Shown: positions 7,671 to 17,008, counted from the stretch's first letter. The stretch: DNA of 47,220 nt from Campylobacterales bacterium (GCA_027055005.1 JALUNR010000026.1:1-47220), one strand, 5' to 3'. The notes: generated by a model not told the origin, from the letters alone. Numbers and translations are program-made.

Positions 7671-9611
7671 TTAAAGATTATTGATAGATTCTATTAACTC
7701 TTCTATTTCTAAAAATCTTTCAACTTTGTCTTCATACTCTTTTTCTATTTGGAGTAATTCTTCGCTTAAGTTTGTTAAACCTTTCTTTTGGTAGCACTCA
7801 GGATTTTCTAAACACTTATTTAACTCCTCAATTTTGCTTTCAAGTTCTTCTATAAGTGGAGGAAGAAGTTCATAATCTCTTTTATCTTTGTAGCTTAGTT
7901 TTACCTCTCTATTTGTAGATTTAGTGGATTTTGGTTTTTGTGAGTCTATATTTTTTTCAAAATTTTCTAACTCATTCATCGTTTTTTGTATATCGAGATA
8001 TTCGCTATAACTTTGATAACTCTCTTCTACTAGGGCATTCCCTTTAAAAATAAGTAGTTTTTTAGCAATCTTGTCAACAAAGTATCTATCATGAGATACA
8101 AAAAGCAAGGCCCCTTCAAAGCTTTGAAGATATTCTTCTAGTATATTTATAGTGTTTATATCAAGGTCATTGGTTGGTTCATCTAAGATAAGGCAGTCAT
8201 ATTTTTTTGTAAATAAAAGTGCAAGAGCAACTCTGTTTTTTTCTCCACCACTTAATATGCCTATCTTTTTATCAAGATGTTCTTTTGGAAAGAGAAAGTT
8301 TTTTAAGTATCCATAAACATGCATATTTTTTCCCTTAACATCAACTCTATCTCCGCCATTTGGGCAAAATATCTCAATTAAATTTTTATCATCATCAAGC
8401 ATATCTCTGTGTTGGTCAAAGTATCCTACTTTAAAATCACCTTTTTTTATTTTTCCACTATCAACTTGTATTTGTCCTAAAAGTAGTTTTAAAAGTGTTG
8501 ATTTCCCTGTACCATTTTTACCAACTATTGCTATTTTATCTTGCTGAAGGATTCTTAAAGAGAAGTCTTTTATAAGAAGTTTATTTCCTAATGATTTTGA
8601 GATTTGTTCTATCTCAAATAGCATCTTTTTTCGATTTATATTTTTGTTTGAATCGAAATTTTTTTGTTCTCTTTCAAGTTCTAATTTCATTTTTCTTATA
8701 GCAGATGGATTTTTCTTTGCCATCTCTCTTAGTTCAAATACTCTTTGTTTTCGACCTTCATTTCTTTTAAGTCTTGCTCTAACTCCTCGGTGTAACCACT
8801 CTTCTTCTGCTTTTAAGTGTTTTAGCAGGGTTTCGTGAGATTTTTGCATAGATTTTAAAAGTTCTTCTTTTTGCTGTATGTAAGAACTATATCCACCTTT
8901 AAAACTTCTTATCTTTTCATCCTCTATCTCTATACTTTGGGTAGCAAGATTGTCTAAAAAATATCTATCATGAGATATAAATAGTAGGGTGAATTTTTCT
9001 TTTAAAAGTATTTCTTCTAAGAATTCTACCATATAAACATCAAGGTGATTTGTAGGTTCATCAAGTAGTAAAATATCAGGTTTTTTTAGTATCAATCCTC
9101 CAAGAGCAACTCTTCTTTGTTCGCCCCCACTTAGAAGTGATACTTTTTTATTTTCATACTCTTTTAAGCTAAATTGCTCTAAAACTCTATTTACTTTATC
9201 TTCTAAACTCCAAGCATTATGATGATCTAAAAAGTTAGATAGGTTACTATGCTCACTTAAAAGCTCTTTGTTTTCAAAGTCAATTGTTAAAAGTTCACTT
9301 ATTTCGTCATATCTTTTTTTTGCATCTTTTAGTTCTTTTAATTCCTCTTCGATGGCTTGTTTTACTGTGATATCTTCTTTAAAAGTTGGATTTTGAGATA
9401 GCATTTCTATTTTTAAATTGTTTTGTACAACTCGTCTTCCTTCATCAAAATCTAAGCTGCCATCTATGATTTGCATAAGGGTTGATTTTCCTCCACCATT
9501 TTTTCCTATGATTGCTATTCTCTCTCCCTCATCTATGTGAAAGTCAATTTCAGTAAAAATCTTTTGTGATTGGTATGCTTTTGAAACATTTATTAAATCT
9601 ATCAGTGCCAT
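7671..9611 (-). CDS. ABC-F family ATPase (Uup/YheS-like; two ABC ATPase domains, C-terminal coiled coil)
   Basis: Two Walker A sites (GKNGGGKST, GKNGTGKST), two LSGGE signatures and no TM domain. I prefer the ATG at 9611 (MALIDLINVSK, the usual ABC-F N-terminus) over the track start at 9644. Confidence 0.9.
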   Translation of the reverse strand: MALIDLINVSKAYQSQKIFTEIDFHIDEGERIAIIGKNGGGKSTLMQIIDGSLDFDEGRRVVQNNLKIEMLSQNPTFKEDITVKQAIEEELKELKDAKKRYDEISELLTIDFENKELLSEHSNLSNFLDHHNAWSLEDKVNRVLEQFSLKEYENKKVSLLSGGEQRRVALGGLILKKPDILLLDEPTNHLDVYMVEFLEEILLKEKFTLLFISHDRYFLDNLATQSIEIEDEKIRSFKGGYSSYIQQKEELLKSMQKSHETLLKHLKAEEEWLHRGVRARLKRNEGRKQRVFELREMAKKNPSAIRKMKLELEREQKNFDSNKNINRKKMLFEIEQISKSLGNKLLIKDFSLRILQQDKIAIVGKNGTGKSTLLKLLLGQIQVDSGKIKKGDFKVGYFDQHRDMLDDDKNLIEIFCPNGGDRVDVKGKNMHVYGYLKNFLFPKEHLDKKIGILSGGEKNRVALALLFTKKYDCLILDEPTNDLDINTINILEEYLQSFEGALLFVSHDRYFVDKIAKKLLIFKGNALVEESYQSYSEYLDIQKTMNELENFEKNIDSQKPKSTKSTNREVKLSYKDKRDYELLPPLIEELESKIEELNKCLENPECYQKKGLTNLSEELLQIEKEYEDKVERFLEIEELIESINNL

Positions 9612-9675
9612 TTTTTGCCTATTATTATCTATTTTTTTGTACAATTCTAGCCATTGTTATTTAAAGGTGGCACAA

Positions 9676-11457
9676 ATGGCTAAAAGACTTATAGATGTGA
9701 TGGATACAACTTTCAGAGATGGATTTCAGTCTGTATTTGGTGGAAGAGTTTTGATGGAGGATTTTTTCCCTGCATTAAATGCGGCTAAAGAGGCAGGGAT
9801 TAGTCACTTTGAGTTTGGTGGAGGAGCTAGATTTCAGAGTCTATTTTTTTATTTAAATGAAAATGCTTTCGATATGATGGATAAGTTTAGGCAAATAGTA
9901 GGTCCTACTGCAAATCTTCAAACTTTATCTCGTGGAGTTAACACTGTTATGTTAGAAACTGGTAGTAGTGAGCTTATCAATCTTCATGCAAAGCTTTTTA
10001 AAAAGCATGGAGCTTCTACTATTAGAAATTTTGATGCTTTAAATGATATAGATAATCTAAAATATAGTGGAAAATGTATAGTTGAAAATGGTTTAGACCA
10101 TGAGATAGTTATAACTATGATGGATTTACCTCCTAAATGCAAAGGGGCTCATGATAGCTCATATTATTTGAAAGTATTAAGAGATATTTTAGATGCTGGT
10201 ATAGAGTTTAGTAGTCTTTGTTTTAAAGATGCAAGTGGAACAGCAAATCCAAATAAAATATATGAAACTATTAAAACTGCAAGAGAGTTTATACCAGAAA
10301 ACATACATATAAGACTACATACTCATGAAAGTGCAGGATGTAGTGTAAGTGCTTATTTAGCTGCACTATCTGCTGGGGCTGATGGGATTGATTTGGCTTG
10401 TTCACCTGTTAGTGGGGGGACTAGTCAGCCTGATATTTTAACTATGCTTCATGCTACTAAGGGTTCTTCTTATGATTTAGGTGGATTAAATGAAAAGAAA
10501 ATTTTAGAGTATCAAAGAGTTTTAAAAGAGTGTTTAAAAGATTATTTTATTCCTCCTGAAGCTACAAAAGTATCAGTTATGATACCTTTTTCACCAATGC
10601 CTGGAGGAGCACTTACAGCAAATACTCAAATGATGAGAGATGAGGGGACATTTGATAGGTTTGATGAAGTTATAGAGGCTATGGGAGAAGTAGTAGAGAA
10701 GGGTGGTTTTGGAACCTCTGTTACTCCTGTTAGTCAGTTTTATTGGCAACAAGCATATACAAATGTTATGTTTGGGAAGTGGAAGCAGATAGCTCCTGGA
10801 TATGGAAAAATGGTTTTGGGGTATTTTGGTAAAACTCCAGTTGCTCCAGATCCTAAGATAGTAAAACTATCCAGTGAAAAGTTGAAGTTAGAACCAACTA
10901 CAAAAACAGCCATAGAGTTGGCTGATAGTGATTCTTTAAAATCTATGTCAAATTTTGAAAAAGTGTTAGAAGAAAATAATTTAGAAAAAAGTGAAGAAAA
11001 TATTTTTATAGTAGCTTCTTGTGGTCATAAAGGTTTAAAGTTTTTAAAAGGTGAAGCTGAAGTTAATGTTAGAAAAAATGAATCAACTAAAAATCTTGAT
11101 GGTTCGGCTTCTATTGAGGGTGAATATATCATGGTGCTTGATGGTAAGGAACATACTTTAGATATAGTAAAAAGAAGTTCTAATACTCCTAAACCAAAAG
11201 ATAATTTTAAAACTTTTGTAAAAACCAAAGTTAGTGCAAAGAGTGGTGAGAAAGTTTTATCTCAAATGAGTGGTAGTATTTTTAAAATTGTTTTAAATGA
11301 GGGAGATGTAGTAAAAAAAGGAGATACTATCATCATCTTAGAAGCTATGAAAATGGAACTTGATGTAGTTGCTAGTATAGATGGAGTTATAAAAGCAGTT
11401 GAAGTTGAAGTTGGAGATAATGTAAATGAGGGAGATATTTTGGCTGTAATAGGTTAA
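9676..11457 (+). CDS. pycB: pyruvate carboxylase subunit B / oxaloacetate decarboxylase alpha-type carboxyltransferase with a biotinyl domain
   Basis: MAKRLIDVMDTTFRDGFQS HMGL-like N-terminus and a C-terminal biotin attachment motif EAMKME. ATG at 9676 is preceded by AAAGGTGG. The track start at 9637 would overlap the divergent ABC-F gene. Confidence 0.85.
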   Translation: MAKRLIDVMDTTFRDGFQSVFGGRVLMEDFFPALNAAKEAGISHFEFGGGARFQSLFFYLNENAFDMMDKFRQIVGPTANLQTLSRGVNTVMLETGSSELINLHAKLFKKHGASTIRNFDALNDIDNLKYSGKCIVENGLDHEIVITMMDLPPKCKGAHDSSYYLKVLRDILDAGIEFSSLCFKDASGTANPNKIYETIKTAREFIPENIHIRLHTHESAGCSVSAYLAALSAGADGIDLACSPVSGGTSQPDILTMLHATKGSSYDLGGLNEKKILEYQRVLKECLKDYFIPPEATKVSVMIPFSPMPGGALTANTQMMRDEGTFDRFDEVIEAMGEVVEKGGFGTSVTPVSQFYWQQAYTNVMFGKWKQIAPGYGKMVLGYFGKTPVAPDPKIVKLSSEKLKLEPTTKTAIELADSDSLKSMSNFEKVLEENNLEKSEENIFIVASCGHKGLKFLKGEAEVNVRKNESTKNLDGSASIEGEYIMVLDGKEHTLDIVKRSSNTPKPKDNFKTFVKTKVSAKSGEKVLSQMSGSIFKIVLNEGDVVKKGDTIIILEAMKMELDVVASIDGVIKAVEVEVGDNVNEGDILAVIG

Positions 11458-11463
11458 AAAGTT

Positions 11464-12648
11464 TTGAAAAAAGATATAGTTATAGTTGGTGGTGGAGCTT
11501 GTGGGCTGGTTTGTGGGATTTTTTTGGCTAAAAAAAATAAAAATGTAACTATTGTTGAAAAAAATCCTACTTTTGCTAAGAAAATAATAGTTAGCGGGAA
11601 TGGTCGATGCAATATAACAAATGAAAATATATCTTTAAAAAATTATTTAAAAGGTGATAAAGAAGTTATAAATTCAGTTTTAAATAATTTTGGATTTAAC
11701 GATGCAAAAAGACTTTTTTCATCTTTGGGGATTGAGTTTAAAATAGGTGAAGATGGAAGAGTTTTTCCACTCTCTCTTAGTGGAAGGAGTGTCGTAGAAA
11801 TTCTTTTGGAACACTTAAAAAGTTTAAATGTAACTTTATTAGCAAATAGTGAAGTTTTAGATGTGGATAAAAATGGAAAAAGTTTTTTAGTAGAGTTAAA
11901 AGATAAAAAACTAAAAGCTGATAAGTTGATAGTATGTTCGGGAAGTACGGCTTATAAAAGTGTAGGTGTTACTGATATAGGATATAAAATAGCTAAAAAG
12001 TTTGGACATAATATAATAGATATATATCCATCTTTAGTGCAAATTGAGTGTAGTGATAGGCTGGTTCATCGAGCTAGTGGAGTGAAAATATACTCAAAAA
12101 TCAGTGTTTATGATGGAGAAAAAAAGCTTTATGAGAGTAAAGGTGATTTACTTTTTACAAATTATGGACTTTCAGGACTTGCCGTGCTTGATAGCTCATT
12201 TTATATATCACAAGCTAAAGATGAAGTTAGTTTAAAGATAGATTTGATGCCTGATATTTCTTATAAAGATTTAGTTTTACTCTTTGATAAGAGATTGAAG
12301 TTAAAAGATATTTTAGGATATGAGAGTTGGCTTGGGGCTGTGATACCTAAAAAGTTGATTTCTTTAGTAACAAGGAGTAGAGTTTTAAATAAAAAGAGTA
12401 TCAAAGACTTGGCTTACAATATAAAAAATCTTAAAATAAAAGTTGATTCTTTAAGAGATGAAAAGTATGCTGAGATAATAGCTGGTGGGATTGATAGTCG
12501 TGAGATTGACTCAAAAACTTTGGAGTCAAAAAAGGTAAAAAATCTTTACTTTGGTGGAGAGGTTTTGGATGTGGCAGGTGAAAGAGGAGGATATAACCTC
12601 CACTTTGCTTTTGGATGTGGAATTTTGATGGCTTTAGGGCAATTTTAA
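11464..12648 (+). CDS. HI0933/BaiN-family FAD-dependent oxidoreductase
   Basis: GGGACG dinucleotide-binding motif, VSGNGRCNITN, and C-terminal GGEVLDVAGERGGYN typical of the HI0933-like family. TTG start. Confidence 0.8.
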   Translation: MKKDIVIVGGGACGLVCGIFLAKKNKNVTIVEKNPTFAKKIIVSGNGRCNITNENISLKNYLKGDKEVINSVLNNFGFNDAKRLFSSLGIEFKIGEDGRVFPLSLSGRSVVEILLEHLKSLNVTLLANSEVLDVDKNGKSFLVELKDKKLKADKLIVCSGSTAYKSVGVTDIGYKIAKKFGHNIIDIYPSLVQIECSDRLVHRASGVKIYSKISVYDGEKKLYESKGDLLFTNYGLSGLAVLDSSFYISQAKDEVSLKIDLMPDISYKDLVLLFDKRLKLKDILGYESWLGAVIPKKLISLVTRSRVLNKKSIKDLAYNIKNLKIKVDSLRDEKYAEIIAGGIDSREIDSKTLESKKVKNLYFGGEVLDVAGERGGYNLHFAFGCGILMALGQF

Positions 12649-13181
12649 TATTGAGCTACTAATCCCTTGTTTTTTGCATAAAAGCCTTTATTTTTTCCAC
12701 AGTCTATTTCTATAACATCTGTATATGTTGTACCATCAAGATCTTTTTGTGGAAATTTTTTCATAAAAATACAAGCTGAGTCTTGTACTGTTATACTTTT
12801 GCCTATTTGTATATTTTTTTTGATATCGTAAGAGTAGATTGGGTTGTTATTTGCATCTTTAAAAGTTACATGGATCTTGTCAGGAAAAGTTTTATACTCT
12901 ACACTCTCTCCATTTGCATTTTCTGGAGTTTCTACTACTGTTTTTGAATCAACTGCTCTATAAGTTGCTTGGTAACCTGTTGATTTTATACTTCTTGTGG
13001 ATATATGTTTATCAGATGTATTGGGAACAATATAGTTTGTAGAGTCTATTTTAGAATAATTACTTTGGGATGTAGTTTTAGTTGGGATAGTGCTGGTTTT
13101 TTTATTTTCACTACCACCTCCACCACAACCTGATAGTATGAGAGTTATTGTTATAAATATAAGTATTAGAAAATTTTTCAT
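12645..13181 (-). CDS. hypothetical lipoprotein
   Basis: 178 aa. Signal peptide with lipobox LILSGC followed by a GGGGSENKK linker. AGGAG RBS upstream. The stop overlaps the convergent flavoprotein stop by 4 nt. Confidence 0.7.
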   Translation of the reverse strand: MKNFLILIFITITLILSGCGGGGSENKKTSTIPTKTTSQSNYSKIDSTNYIVPNTSDKHISTRSIKSTGYQATYRAVDSKTVVETPENANGESVEYKTFPDKIHVTFKDANNNPIYSYDIKKNIQIGKSITVQDSACIFMKKFPQKDLDGTTYTDVIEIDCGKNKGFYAKNKGLVAQY

Positions 13182-13224
13182 CTGGATCTCCTGTTATTTG
13201 TTATTTTTTATAGTTGTATTAGTA

Positions 13225-13232
13225 ATATCGGC
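13225..13232 (-). promoter_or_regulatory. sigma28-type -10 box (GCCGATAT on the minus strand) upstream of the lipoprotein gene
   Basis: ATATCGGC on the plus strand, 44 nt upstream of the ATG at 13181. No TAAA -35 element at the canonical 15-nt spacing. Confidence 0.3.
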
Positions 13233-13272
13233 ATATTTGGATATAATTCACAAAATTTTTGGAGAAAGTTTC

Positions 13273-14385
13273 TTGATAAGTGTAGATATTTTAGTTATTG
13301 GGGCAGGGGCAAGTGGTTTGATGTTTGCTAGTTTGCATCAGAGTAAAAATCTTTTGGTTGTTGATGCAAATGAAAAAATAGCTAAAAAGATAAGAGTTAG
13401 TGGTGGTGGGAAATGTAATCTTACAAATAAGTTAGTGAGTTTTAAGAATTATTTGGGGGATGAGGAATTTATAAAAGATATTCTTAGTGAGTTTTCAAAT
13501 AAAGATGTTTTGAAATATTTTAATAAAATTGATTTAGTTATAAGGAAAAAAAACCAATATTTTTGTAAAAATTCTTCTATGGATATAATAAGATTTTTTG
13601 AAAAAAAAGTTAAAAATATTTTGCTTAAATGCAGAGTTGAAAATGTTACTTTTTGTGATAATAGTTTTTATGTTAAGAGTTCTAAAGGTCTTATAAAAGC
13701 AAATAAATTAGTTGTTGCAAGTGGTGGAGTTAGTTTTAAGGAGTTAGGAAGTAGTGATATAGCTTTTGAGATAGCTAAAAGTTTTGGTCATAAAATCGTA
13801 ACTTTAAAACCTGCATTAGTTGGATTTACTTTACAAAGGGCTGATTTTTGGATGAAAAATCTTTCAGGGATTAGTTTAAAAATAAAATTAAAAGTAGGTA
13901 AAAAAGAATTTTTTGATGATCTTTTGTTTACTCATAAAGGAATAAGTGGTCCAGTTATTTTAAATAGTTCACTTTATTGGCAAAAAGGAAGTTTAGAGAT
14001 AGATTTTTTACCAGATATTGATTTTAAACTTAGATACAAACAAAAGCAGATTTCTTCAAATTTTGCATTTCCTAAGAGATTTATAAAAGAGTTTTTAAAA
14101 AGTATTGATTTAGAGGATAAAGTTATAAAGGAGTTAAATAGTGAAGAAATAGAAAAGTTAAAAAGATTAAAAGCCTATAAATTAGCACCTGCTGGAGATT
14201 TTGGATATAGTAAGGCTGAAGTTACAAAGGGTGGAATAGATACTGATGAAATAGATGCAAATAGTATGCAAAGTAAACTACAGAAAAATCTTTTTTTTAT
14301 AGGAGAGTGCTTAAATGTTACTGGAGAATTAGGAGGATATAATTTTCAGTGGGCATTTTCTAGTGCATATAGAGTAAAATTGTAA
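13273..14385 (+). CDS. HI0933/BaiN-family FAD-dependent oxidoreductase (paralog of 11464-12648)
   Basis: VIGAGASG, VSGGGKCNLTN and GECLNVTGELGGYN motifs. I prefer the TTG at 13273, preceded by GGAG at 13261. The longer track ORF from 13090 overlaps the divergent lipoprotein gene. Confidence 0.75.
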   Translation: MISVDILVIGAGASGLMFASLHQSKNLLVVDANEKIAKKIRVSGGGKCNLTNKLVSFKNYLGDEEFIKDILSEFSNKDVLKYFNKIDLVIRKKNQYFCKNSSMDIIRFFEKKVKNILLKCRVENVTFCDNSFYVKSSKGLIKANKLVVASGGVSFKELGSSDIAFEIAKSFGHKIVTLKPALVGFTLQRADFWMKNLSGISLKIKLKVGKKEFFDDLLFTHKGISGPVILNSSLYWQKGSLEIDFLPDIDFKLRYKQKQISSNFAFPKRFIKEFLKSIDLEDKVIKELNSEEIEKLKRLKAYKLAPAGDFGYSKAEVTKGGIDTDEIDANSMQSKLQKNLFFIGECLNVTGELGGYNFQWAFSSAYRVKL

Positions 14386-14493
14386 AAAAAACTTAAAAAT
14401 TTTACTTAAAAGTAATTTTTTCTCCAAATTTTATGTAAAATCTAAGAAATTTATGTATAATTATCTTGTAGAAAAATTTTGAAAGGATGTTAG

Positions 14494-14655
14494 ATGAGAA
14501 AAGTTATTCTTAGTTTAGTTGCATTGTCAATCGCTGCTTTAGTTTCAGGTTGTTCACAAACAACAAGTTGTGAAGCTAAAAAACCAGCTCCAGTAGTTGT
14601 TAAACCAGCTCCAGCTCCAGTAGTTGTTGATGCAAAAGAGGCTGCTGTTAAGTAG
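14494..14655 (+). CDS. small (53-aa) lipoprotein with a Pro/Ala/Val repeat; absent from the ORF track
   Basis: Translated by hand: MRKVILSLVALSIAALVSGCSQTTSCEAKKPAPVVVKPAPAPVVVDAKEAAVK. AAAGGA RBS 6 nt upstream, lipobox LVSGC, and a terminator hairpin directly downstream. Confidence 0.55.
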   Translation: MRKVILSLVALSIAALVSGCSQTTSCEAKKPAPVVVKPAPAPVVVDAKEAAVK

Positions 14656-14665
14656 TTTCAGTTAG

Positions 14666-14693
14666 AGTAGTAGAGGTTTTTACTTCTGCTACT
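14666..14693. terminator. bidirectional intrinsic terminator between the small lipoprotein gene and flgK
   Basis: AGTAGTAGAGG / CTTCTGCTACT stem (about 11 bp including G-U pairs), 6-nt loop, T-rich flank. Sits between convergent stops at 14655 and 14700. Confidence 0.6.
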
Positions 14694-14699
14694 TTATCT

Positions 14700-16526
14700 T
14701 TATTGTTTTAGTCCAAGTAGTGTATTTAACATTTGGTCTATTGTTGTTATGATTTTAGCACTTGCTTGATATGCTGTTTGAAATTTCATTAGATTGGTGA
14801 GTTCTTCGTCCATATCTACTCCAACTACTCCTTTTAGTTGGTTATTTATGCTTTTATTGAGTGATTCGTTTGTACTTTCGCTTATTCCTGCATTTGTTGC
14901 ATCGGTTGCTATATTTGATACTCCAAATCTATAAAATCCTTCTATTGTTTGGTTTAATACTTCTCCATTTTTTCTTTTAAAATCTATATTTTGATATTGA
15001 AGTTCAACCATATCATTTGCAAAGTCATTATTTCCATCCACAGGAGCTTTGAAAGATTGTAAATTTGCTGGATTGTCTTTTAAATCTTGGTGTAAGTCAA
15101 TATTTTTTGAATTATCTCCATCTAATATTTTGTGAAGACCTGAGTACCCAGCAAAGTTAGTATTATTATCTTCTATTGCTATGTGGTATCCACTAACTCC
15201 ATCTTTTTGTTTTATAACTAATGTATGATTTACCATATCTGCTTCATAAATATCATCTAAATCATTTGTTGAATCATTGTCTCCATTGTCATCTTTATTT
15301 GCATTTATCTGTGCAACTATTGTATTTGTATTAGTTGTATCTGTATCTTTTAAAATAGTGTTTTTATCTATGTTAATAGCTCTTTTTGCTACAACATCTC
15401 CTTGATTGTTATAAACTACTACATTAAAGTTACCTTCATGAATATCATTTATTTCCAAAAGTTTTGTATTATTATTTATACTATATATATCACTATGTAT
15501 ATTTGTTTGTGAACTTGAAGCATACATAGAGTTTATTTTTTGCACAAAACCTTTAGAAAAACTATCAAGATCATCGATATATCCTTGAATTTTTGAGTTA
15601 GTAGGATTGCCTTTTGAATCTATACCATCTCCTCTTAGTTTGACAATAGCACCAAGCTTTCCACTTCTTATCTTATTTGTAAAATCTATCTCTTTGTTGT
15701 CATGACTCATATATGAGGCTTTATAAAACTTGTCTTTTGTATTTATGGTTATTGGGTGATATGTAGTACCATCAACTATGTTGTAACCATTTATATTGAT
15801 GTTATAATCATTTCCCATATCAGTTCTGGTGGTTTTGTTTTTATCTGCTGATAAATTTCCTTTATAAACAGAGATATTTAAAAGTTTATTCATATTTAGT
15901 TCAAGTTGATCTCTTTGATCTCTTAAATCATTTGCATTTCCTTGTTTAACATTTTCTATTTTATTTATTTTCTTATTTATTTCAGAGATTTGTTTTGCTA
16001 TGTCATTTACTTTTTGGATACCATCCTTAAATTCATTGTTTAACTTCTTTTGAACATCTTGTAACTTTTGATTAGTATCTTTTATATGTGAATTTAATTG
16101 TTTTGTTGTATTTACTACTACAACTTTTATTGCATCGTTGTCTGGATCTTTACTTAAATCACTCCATGAGGCAAAAAAATCTTGTAAATCTTTAGCTATC
16201 CCATTATTTTCAAGATCAGGAAAATAGTCACTTATTTCTTTTAAGGTTTGATTTGTTTGTTTTGCAAATTCTAAATTTGATTGGCTTGTTTTTGATCTTG
16301 TGTAAAGATACTCATCATGAACTCTTTTGATATCATATATTTGGCTACCAGCACCAACACTTCCTGGAGTTTTATAATCAAGTGGGTGTTTTACTACTTG
16401 ATTTGCTCTTTGTTTTGAGTATCCTGGAGTATTGATATTTGCTATATTATGGCTAGTCGTATTTATTGCAGATTGAGATGAACTTAGACCACTATAACCA
16501 ATATTTAGAGTATCAAAAACACCCAT
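14700..16526 (-). CDS. flgK: flagellar hook-associated protein 1, FlgK
   Basis: 608 aa. N-terminus MGVFDTLNIGYSGL..SQSAINTTSHNIANINTPGYSKQ and C-terminus EELTNLMKFQTAYQASAKIITTIDQMLNTLL are canonical FlgK termini. Confidence 0.9.
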   Translation of the reverse strand: MGVFDTLNIGYSGLSSSQSAINTTSHNIANINTPGYSKQRANQVVKHPLDYKTPGSVGAGSQIYDIKRVHDEYLYTRSKTSQSNLEFAKQTNQTLKEISDYFPDLENNGIAKDLQDFFASWSDLSKDPDNDAIKVVVVNTTKQLNSHIKDTNQKLQDVQKKLNNEFKDGIQKVNDIAKQISEINKKINKIENVKQGNANDLRDQRDQLELNMNKLLNISVYKGNLSADKNKTTRTDMGNDYNININGYNIVDGTTYHPITINTKDKFYKASYMSHDNKEIDFTNKIRSGKLGAIVKLRGDGIDSKGNPTNSKIQGYIDDLDSFSKGFVQKINSMYASSSQTNIHSDIYSINNNTKLLEINDIHEGNFNVVVYNNQGDVVAKRAINIDKNTILKDTDTTNTNTIVAQINANKDDNGDNDSTNDLDDIYEADMVNHTLVIKQKDGVSGYHIAIEDNNTNFAGYSGLHKILDGDNSKNIDLHQDLKDNPANLQSFKAPVDGNNDFANDMVELQYQNIDFKRKNGEVLNQTIEGFYRFGVSNIATDATNAGISESTNESLNKSINNQLKGVVGVDMDEELTNLMKFQTAYQASAKIITTIDQMLNTLLGLKQ

Positions 16527-16528
16527 TT

Positions 16529-16939
16529 TTATGCACTTATCCTTAATATATTCGCTGGGGTTGCATTTGATATTTGATAACCTTTTCTGTCTAAGGCAAA
16601 CATTTCATCAAATAAAGATGTATAAAATTCATTTAGTTTTATTACATATTTTGCATATTCTCTGTTTTTTTCCTTCAATTCTTTTAAAACTGTTTTTAGT
16701 TCTTCTAATAGTTTTTTATCTTTATTTGTTAGAGAATTATTCAAATCAGGTAGTTTTACTAACTCATCGTTTAAAAGAGATTTATTTGTTTCAAATGACA
16801 CTGTTAAATGATTTTTTTGATTTATTCTATCAGATATATTATCATGGTTTGCATTTTTTGCATCCTCTATATCTAAAGAAGTTATTTCTAATAGCTTTTT
16901 TATATCTAAAATAGCATTATTAATATAGGTTTGTATCAT
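16529..16939 (-). CDS. FlgN-like flagellar export chaperone (tentative)
   Basis: 136-aa helical protein immediately upstream of flgK (2-nt gap), the same position as flgN in Campylobacter. Assigned by position and composition, not by motif. Confidence 0.45.
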   Translation of the reverse strand: MIQTYINNAILDIKKLLEITSLDIEDAKNANHDNISDRINQKNHLTVSFETNKSLLNDELVKLPDLNNSLTNKDKKLLEELKTVLKELKEKNREYAKYVIKLNEFYTSLFDEMFALDRKGYQISNATPANILRISA

Positions 16940-16974
16940 AAATTTCCTTTTTTTATTTATTTAATTATATACCT

Positions 16975-17001
16975 ATATCGGCATTAAAATCCCAAACTTT
17001 A
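16975..17001 (-). promoter_or_regulatory. sigma28 (FliA) promoter TAAA-N15-GCCGATAT for flgN-like/flgK
   Basis: Minus strand reads cTAAAgtttgggattttaatGCCGATATagg with an exactly 15-nt spacer. It lies in the 69-nt gap between the flgJ-like stop and the flgN-like ATG. Confidence 0.6.
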
Positions 17002-17008
17002 GGACTTT

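Noticed and set aside
9637-9675. Upstream extensions of several track ORFs (9637 for pycB, 9644 for the ABC-F gene, 13090 for the second flavoprotein, 18927 for yebC, 21374 for thiS, 22395 for MidA)
   Set aside because: The extensions add residues absent from the conserved N-termini, lack an RBS, and/or overlap divergent genes. Internal starts with SD-like sequences were preferred.
16531-16914. 127-aa plus-strand ORF antisense to the flgN-like gene
   Set aside because: The Leu/Phe/Ile/Tyr-rich translation is typical of an AT-rich reverse frame. The minus-strand ORF fits the flagellar operon and has the sigma28 promoter.
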